Positions 58,572-64,000 of a stretch of 64,000 bases of DNA are shown piece by piece (the stretch's first letter is position 1; every line of letters begins with the position of its first letter). Source of the stretch: Clostridia bacterium. GTDB taxonomy: Bacteria > Bacillota > Clostridia > Oscillospirales > Acutalibacteraceae. The notes beneath the pieces are model-generated. The model was not told the origin of the DNA. It worked only from the letters and a program-made list of their open reading frames with translations, and searched no databases. The position numbers and the translations under genes are program-made. Location: assembly GCA_017461625.1 (NCBI GenBank), contig JAFTXJ010000018.1:34781-98780 (forward strand). The letters run 5' to 3'.

Positions 58572-59648
58572 ATGGATTTTAATATTGCTTTACTTAAAGG
58601 CGACGGTATCGGCCCTGAAATAGTTGACAGTGCCGTTGCAGTTTTAGACAAGGTTGCCGCTAAATACGGCCACAAATTCACATTCACACCTTACCTTGCA
58701 GGCGGTTGCGCTATTGATGCAACAGGTATTCCCCTTCCTGAAGAAACCGTTAAAGCTTGCCAGGCAAGTGACAGCGTTCTTCTCGGTGCTGTTGGCGGAC
58801 CTAAGTGGGACACTCTCCCCGGTCACCTTCGCCCCGAAAAGGCTCTTCTCGGTGTTCGTCACGCTCTCGGACTTTACACCAACATCCGCCCTGCAAAGAT
58901 TTACCCCGCACTTAAAGGTGCAAGCCCCCTCCGCCCCGATATCATTGACAACGGCGTTGACATCGTTATGATTCGTGAGCTTACAGGCGGTATCTACTTT
59001 GGTGAAAGAGGCCGCAGACAGGGTGCAGGCGGAGAAGAAGCATTTGACACAGAGTGCTACAGCGAGATGGAAGTTGAAAGAATCGCACGCGTTGCATTTG
59101 AAACAGCAAGAAAAAGAGGCCACGTTGTTACAAGCATCGACAAAGCTAACGTTCTTGAATCTTCAAGACTCTGGAGAGAAGTTGTTCACAGAGTTGCTAA
59201 GGATTATCCTGACTGTGAATGCGTTGATATGCTCGTTGATAACGCAGCAATGCAGCTTGTTAAGAACCCATCTCAGTTTGACGTTGTTGTAACATCAAAT
59301 ATGTTTGGCGATATTCTTTCTGACGAAAGCTCACAGATCACAGGCTCAATCGGTATGCTTGCTTCTGCATCACTTGGTGATACAAAGTGTGGTATGTATG
59401 AGCCTATCCACGGCTCTGCACCTGACATCGCAGGTCAGAACAAGGCTAACCCCATCGCAACAATCCTTTCAGCAGCTATGATGTTCCGTTATTCATTTGA
59501 CCTTGAAGACGAAGCTGTTTGCATTGAAAAGGCAGTTGACGATGTTCTTGAAGCAGGCTACAGAACTGCTGATATTCTCGGCTCAAGCGACACAAAGCCG
59601 CTTTCATGCACTGAGATGACAAAGGTAATTCTTGATTATATTAAATAA
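58572..59648 (+). CDS. leuB: 3-isopropylmalate dehydrogenase
   Basis: [10 protein letters not shown]...[12 protein letters not shown]. Confidence 0.96.
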   Translation: MDFNIALLKGDGIGPEIVDSAVAVLDKVAAKYGHKFTFTPYLAGGCAIDATGIPLPEETVKACQASDSVLLGAVGGPKWDTLPGHLRPEKALLGVRHALGLYTNIRPAKIYPALKGASPLRPDIIDNGVDIVMIRELTGGIYFGERGRRQGAGGEEAFDTECYSEMEVERIARVAFETARKRGHVVTSIDKANVLESSRLWREVVHRVAKDYPDCECVDMLVDNAAMQLVKNPSQFDVVVTSNMFGDILSDESSQITGSIGMLASASLGDTKCGMYEPIHGSAPDIAGQNKANPIATILSAAMMFRYSFDLEDEAVCIEKAVDDVLEAGYRTADILGSSDTKPLSCTEMTKVILDYIK

Positions 59649-59676
59649 TTTCAGTTTTTGAAAGAAGGAAAATAAG

Positions 59677-60747
59677 ATGCTCGACATCAAAATAGAAAAA
59701 ACCTCATCACCAAAGGCTAAACCTCAGAAGGGTGAGCCTCTCGGCTTCGGTCATATTTTCACTGACCATATGTTCATTATGAACTACACCGAGGGCAAGG
59801 GCTGGTACGATGCAAGAATCGTACCCTACGGCGACCTCACACTCTCACCTGCCGCTATGGTTTTCCACTACGGTCAGGAAATGTTTGAAGGTCTTAAGGC
59901 TTACAAGGGCGTTGACGGAAAGAATTATCTTTTCCGCCCCGATATGAACGCTAAGAGAACAAACGCAACTAACGACCGTCTTTGCATTCCTCAGCTTCCC
60001 GAAGAGGATTTTGTTCAAGCAGTTAAGGCAGTTGTTGAAGTTGATAAAGATTGGATTCCCGAAGAAGAAGGCACTTCCCTTTACATTCGTCCTTTCATTA
60101 TCGCAACTGATGCTTTCCTCGGTGTTGCACCGTCAAAGACATATTTGTTTATGATTATCCTCTCTCCCAGCGGCGCTTACTACGCGAGCGGTCTTGCTCC
60201 TGTTGGTATTTGGATTGAAGATGATTATGTACGCGCAGTTAAAGGCGGTATGGGCTTTGCTAAAACAGGCGGTAACTATGCTGCAAGCCTTGCAGCTCAG
60301 GTTAAAGCTCACGATGACGGTTATTCTCAGGTGCTCTGGCTCGACGGTGTTGAGAGAAAGTATATTGAAGAAGTCGGTGCAATGAACATCTTCTTCAAAA
60401 TCGACGGTAAAATTGTTACTCCTATGCTCAACGGCTCAATTCTTCCCGGTATCACCCGTGACTCTGTAATCAACCTTTGCAAGCACTGGGGTATGGAAGT
60501 TGAAGAGAGAAGAATTTCTGTTGACGAGCTTCTTGAAGCTCAGAAAAATGGAAAGCTCGAAGAAGTTTTCGGCACAGGCACAGCAGCAGTTATCTCCCCT
60601 GTTGGTAAACTTCGTTATAAATACGATGTTATGGAAATCAACGGCGGTGTTATCGGTGAAGTAAGTCAGAAGATTTACGACACCGTAACAGGCATCCAGT
60701 GGGGCAAAATTGACGACCCATTCGGCTGGAGAGTTGAAGTTAAATAA
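59677..60747 (+). CDS. ilvE: Branched-chain amino acid aminotransferase
   Basis: 356 aa, class IV aminotransferase, with FEGLKAY and KTGGNYAAS. Confidence 0.94.
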   Translation: MLDIKIEKTSSPKAKPQKGEPLGFGHIFTDHMFIMNYTEGKGWYDARIVPYGDLTLSPAAMVFHYGQEMFEGLKAYKGVDGKNYLFRPDMNAKRTNATNDRLCIPQLPEEDFVQAVKAVVEVDKDWIPEEEGTSLYIRPFIIATDAFLGVAPSKTYLFMIILSPSGAYYASGLAPVGIWIEDDYVRAVKGGMGFAKTGGNYAASLAAQVKAHDDGYSQVLWLDGVERKYIEEVGAMNIFFKIDGKIVTPMLNGSILPGITRDSVINLCKHWGMEVEERRISVDELLEAQKNGKLEEVFGTGTAAVISPVGKLRYKYDVMEINGGVIGEVSQKIYDTVTGIQWGKIDDPFGWRVEVK

Positions 60748-60753
60748 AGCTTT

Positions 60754-60786
60754 AAAGCGGACTGAAATTCAGTCCGCTTTTTTTAG
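60754..60786 (+). terminator. Rho-independent terminator of the ilv-leu operon
   Basis: GCGGACTGA-aat-TCAGTCCGC followed by TTTTTTT. Confidence 0.9.
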
Positions 60787-60837
60787 GCAAAAATAGCAAA
60801 GTTCTGGTCGTTTTCGGGAGGGTGCAGACCCTTCCTT

Positions 60838-61719
60838 TTACGGCATATAAGAATTCAGCTCATGATAAAACACATCATAAGGTTTTTCAACACCTTCCAA
60901 ATACTTAGAAACATCATATCCCATAGGATTAAAATATGTGTTGTCGGGTGCAATAATAATTTCAAGCCACCCCGCATAAACATAAATCAATTCTTCACCT
61001 TTATGAGCTTGCAGGTATGTATTATAATTATCAAACCACTTTGCACCGAAAGAAAGGGTATTGAATATCTCACCATTTTCTTTCCAAAGCGTTATAATTG
61101 CTACAAGTTTATTGTCGTTATAGATAAGATAATCTCGATAGTTTTGTCTGACTTCCAAACTTTTACCTATAGTACCATCATAACTTACATGACAATAACC
61201 TTTATCTGACATTTTTATGGAGTCCGAGGACACACCGCTTGATGCTAAACTGCCCATAATGCTGATTTTGTTTTTTCTGAAATATTCCTGTGCTTCAGCA
61301 TCGGTTATTGTTTCACCTGTAATCTTAATTTCTTTGTCAAATGGAACAAGTGGAATATTAAAATAATTCCCCTCACCACCTGAAAATGAGCCTCCATCAG
61401 GCGATGTTTCAGAACTCTGTGATAATGTCGATTGTTCTGTCGATGGAATTGTTGTTTGGTTAGTCGGTTTTTCCTGTTTTGCGTGGTTGCTCGTAGATTC
61501 AATACTACCACCTTCCTGTGATGAAGGCTTATCAGTCGGCAACAAATCCGAATCAAACCAACCACTTTGCCAAATTCCTACGCTTAAAACGGCAACAACA
61601 GCGAAACAACTTACAAAAGATGAAATGCGATTCATCTTTTTTTTCTTTACTCTCTGTGCCTCGTCATATTCATCTCTACGTAATAAAACACTATGTGCAA
61701 CTTCATTATAATTCTTCAT
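60838..61719 (-). CDS. Putative anti-sigma factor: single-pass membrane protein with uncharacterised extracytoplasmic domain
   Basis: Start MKNYNEVAHSV (ATG 61719) overlaps the sigma gene stop. Short cytoplasmic segment, one TM segment, a Ser/Thr/Gln-rich linker and a C-terminal domain of about 180 aa. Confidence 0.6.
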   Translation of the reverse strand: MKNYNEVAHSVLLRRDEYDEAQRVKKKKMNRISSFVSCFAVVAVLSVGIWQSGWFDSDLLPTDKPSSQEGGSIESTSNHAKQEKPTNQTTIPSTEQSTLSQSSETSPDGGSFSGGEGNYFNIPLVPFDKEIKITGETITDAEAQEYFRKNKISIMGSLASSGVSSDSIKMSDKGYCHVSYDGTIGKSLEVRQNYRDYLIYNDNKLVAIITLWKENGEIFNTLSFGAKWFDNYNTYLQAHKGEELIYVYAGWLEIIIAPDNTYFNPMGYDVSKYLEGVEKPYDVFYHELNSYMP

Positions 61720-62263
61720 ATTCAAAGCCCTCCTTTTCCAGCTCTGATTTAAGAGATTTTTTGGCCCTATAAATAAGATTTTCAATCTGACGCTTATTCT
61801 TTTTCATTATCAATGCTGCTTCGGAATTAGAAAAGCTTTCAAAATAAACTAAATATAAAACCTGAAAATATTCCGGATTCAACTTCCTCATTGTCTGATG
61901 AAGTATTATTTTTTGTTCTTCAATCAAATATTCTCTTTCAACATTTATTTCCTCGGCTAAATGATTTCTGCATTCTTCAATCGGAGAAAAAACAAATCTT
62001 GAATTATATCTTAGCCAATCAAGCGAAACATTGCGAGCGATTGTGAAGAGCCATGTTTTAAAAGAGCTTTTTCCAAAAAACCTTGGCTTTTTTATTGATA
62101 ATTTGAAGAAAACTTCTTCCATCAAATCTTCTGCAACAAAAATGTTGTTTACATAACCGTTTATGTATAAGGTCAGACCGTCTTTATACTCTTTGATTAT
62201 TTCTACTATTCCTGTGTCATCACCATCAAGGTAACGGCGGTAGCTACTTTCACCGGTATCCAT
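61706..62263 (-). CDS. ECF-type RNA polymerase sigma-70 family factor
   Basis: Region 2 FKTWLFTIARNVSLDWLR and a region 4 HTH near the C-terminus. ATG 62263 follows AAAGGAGAGAG. Confidence 0.85.
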   Translation of the reverse strand: MDTGESSYRRYLDGDDTGIVEIIKEYKDGLTLYINGYVNNIFVAEDLMEEVFFKLSIKKPRFFGKSSFKTWLFTIARNVSLDWLRYNSRFVFSPIEECRNHLAEEINVEREYLIEEQKIILHQTMRKLNPEYFQVLYLVYFESFSNSEAALIMKKNKRQIENLIYRAKKSLKSELEKEGFEYEEL

Positions 62264-62358
62264 TGACTCTCTCCTTTCCGAAAAAGCGTGCACTTTTTTG
62301 CTTTTCATTTATTAGACGAACAAAATCGTAATAACTCTCACTTAATTATAACAAATTT

Positions 62359-62390
62359 ACACAAAAACGCCCCGACCGGAGTCGAGGCGT
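62359..62390 (-). terminator. Rho-independent terminator after the PAP2-like gene
   Basis: On the minus strand: ACGCCTCGAC-tccg-GTCGGGGCGT followed by TTTTGTGT. Confidence 0.75.
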
Positions 62391-62400
62391 TTAATTATAT

Positions 62401-62862
62401 TCAGTTGTAAACAACAAAATAAAGGAAAAGAGCAATTACAATACCAAACGCAGAACCCACAACAACCTGAAGAGGGGTGTGGCCAACTGCTTCTTTGATT
62501 TTTTCTTCGGCTTCTATATTTTCCTTTTTCATAATACGGTTAAGGATCTTCGCATGCTTTCCTACTTCGTAGCGAACACCAAAAGCGTCGTTCATAATCA
62601 ACATAGCGAAGAGAAAGGTTCCACCGAACTGGAAAGAGTCAAGACCGTATAAGCAAGCACTTGCCGCACATAAAGCACTTACTCCTGCAGCATGTGAACT
62701 GGGCATTCCTCCGTTTGCACCGATATGGCGCATTCCTTTGAGTGATTTTTCTCTTATAACACCCTGCACACCTTTTGCAAACTGGGCCCAGAACCAGGCC
62801 GATGCAACGGTTATTAAAGTATAGTTAGAAAAAAGTGCTTTAATAACATCAACAAAAGTCAT
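62401..62862 (-). CDS. Divergent PAP2 family membrane protein (DUF212)
   Basis: 153 aa with GGMPSSHAA and FGVRYEVGKHA. Confidence 0.8.
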   Translation of the reverse strand: MTFVDVIKALFSNYTLITVASAWFWAQFAKGVQGVIREKSLKGMRHIGANGGMPSSHAAGVSALCAASACLYGLDSFQFGGTFLFAMLIMNDAFGVRYEVGKHAKILNRIMKKENIEAEEKIKEAVGHTPLQVVVGSAFGIVIALFLYFVVYN

Positions 62863-62883
62863 TATATACCCCCTTTACTCTCC

Positions 62884-64000
62884 TCAGTTTTTAATATTTT
62901 TTGCCATTTCATCTGCCGCAGAAAGAAGAAGCTTGATTCTGTTAACCTGGTTAACTTCAGATGCACCCGGGTCATAGTCAACCGCAGCGATATTTGCCTG
63001 CGGATACTTATTCTTCATCGCCTTAATTACACCTTTACCAACAACATGGTTAGGAAGGCAGGCAAAAGGCTGAATACAAACAATGTTTGGAGTGCCTGTG
63101 TTGATAAGCTCTGCCATTTCACCTGCAAGGAACCAACCCTCACCATACTGGTTACCAAGTGAAAGGAACGGCTTTGCAAGCTCGGCAACATTCTCAATCT
63201 TCATTGCAGGTTCAAAGCGTTTGCTCTTTTCAAGGGCTTTGATAGCAGGACGCTTAATTAACCTGATAAGTCTTACACCGGCAAAAGCGATTACTGAAGC
63301 AATTTTTCTTGAACCAAGATACTTGTGCTTATAATCGTTTTTATAAAGATAATAATTGAAGAAATCCATCAAATCAGGAACAACAGCCTCTGCACCCTCT
63401 TTTTCAAGAAGCTCAACAATATGGTTGTTGGCAAGAGGCATGTATTTAACAAGAATTTCGCCAACAACGCCTACACGGTGTTTTTTAACATCTTCACGTA
63501 TAGGAAGATTATCAAAATCTCTTACAATGCCTTCACAAATCTGTTTGTATGAATATTTCTTACTTTTGCCTACAAGTGAATCTACACAGATGTCTCTCCA
63601 CTTTGCATGTAACTCATTTGCAGAGCCCTTAACAAGCTCATAAGGACGAACACGATAAAGGCAACGCATAAATAAATCGCCGTAAACAATTGCCTTAACA
63701 GCCAACGGAAGCACGTGAGGCGGAATTTTGAAGCCTTCGTTCTTTTCCATACCGTTTGCATTAAGTGAAATTACGGGAATATGTGAAAGCCCAACACTTT
63801 CCAAAGCACGACGGATAAAACCAACATAGTTACTTGCTCGGCAGCATCCGCCAGTCTGTGTCATAATAATAGCAAGTTTGTCAGTATCATATCTTCCTGA
63901 AAGCACAGCTTCCATAATCTGACCAACTACGGTGATTGACGGGAAACAGGCATCATTATTAACAAACTTCAAACCGGTATCAATCGCCTGACGGTTATCG
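62884..64000 (-). CDS. C-terminal part of a large acyl-CoA dehydratase activase-related protein (5' end beyond window end)
   Basis: The reading frame is open to the window edge. ...NDACFPS...QTGGGCRASNY-like segment (TQTGGCCRASNYVGFIRRAL), typical of the DUF2229/2-hydroxyacyl-CoA dehydratase-related fusion family. Confidence 0.6.
   Translation of the reverse strand, partial: DNRQAIDTGLKFVNNDACFPSITVVGQIMEAVLSGRYDTDKLAIIMTQTGGCCRASNYVGFIRRALESVGLSHIPVISLNANGMEKNEGFKIPPHVLPLAVKAIVYGDLFMRCLYRVRPYELVKGSANELHAKWRDICVDSLVGKSKKYSYKQICEGIVRDFDNLPIREDVKKHRVGVVGEILVKYMPLANNHIVELLEKEGAEAVVPDLMDFFNYYLYKNDYKHKYLGSRKIASVIAFAGVRLIRLIKRPAIKALEKSKRFEPAMKIENVAELAKPFLSLGNQYGEGWFLAGEMAELINTGTPNIVCIQPFACLPNHVVGKGVIKAMKNKYPQANIAAVDYDPGASEVNQVNRIKLLLSAADEMAKNIKN

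Overview
The window looks like chromosomal backbone of a low-GC Firmicute. Gene content and order suggest Clostridia, possibly Oscillospiraceae/Ruminococcaceae-like, but I cannot confirm taxonomy without a search. About 70 tightly packed genes are mostly housekeeping. They include tig-clpP-clpX; thrC; yraN-rnhB-rbgA-lepB-lepB-rplS; a TIGR03960/TIGR03936 radical-SAM pair; phoH-ybeY-dgkA-era-yqzL-recO-mutS2; and zapA-U32-pepP. Further along are an iPGM-like kinase with metY; tRNA-Arg(CCG); purC; rpmG-secE-nusG-rplKAJL; a SEDS/bPBP pair; murD; the operon ilvBNC-cimA-leuCDB-ilvE; and an ECF-type sigma/anti-sigma pair.

Accessory-looking stretches:
- (i) An AT-rich two-gene nuclease insertion at 11.76-13.79 kb. 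It holds a DUF559 gene, a 506-aa SAP-like protein with a FokI-like PD..DxK module, and a GC-rich palindromic element between them. It sits between mutS2 and a radical-SAM gene that carries an in-frame TGA. This is my best candidate for an undescribed system (defence or selfish nuclease module).
- (ii) A tRNA-Arg-adjacent block at 29.4-32.7 kb: a degenerate PPP phosphatase with an SH3-like tail, an orphan E2-type acyltransferase domain, a PQ-loop protein and DUF4886.
- (iii) A cell-envelope glycopolymer block at 33.7-38.6 kb: TagF-like, cytidylyltransferase, metallophosphoesterase, GH16 and threonine aldolase.

Regulatory highlights: an unannotated 38-codon Ile/Val/Leu-rich leader peptide with terminator hairpins upstream of ilvB; an L10-leader-type attenuator upstream of rplJ; and repeated small hairpins upstream of rplK and rplA.

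I saw no CRISPR array, rRNA, transposase or integrase.
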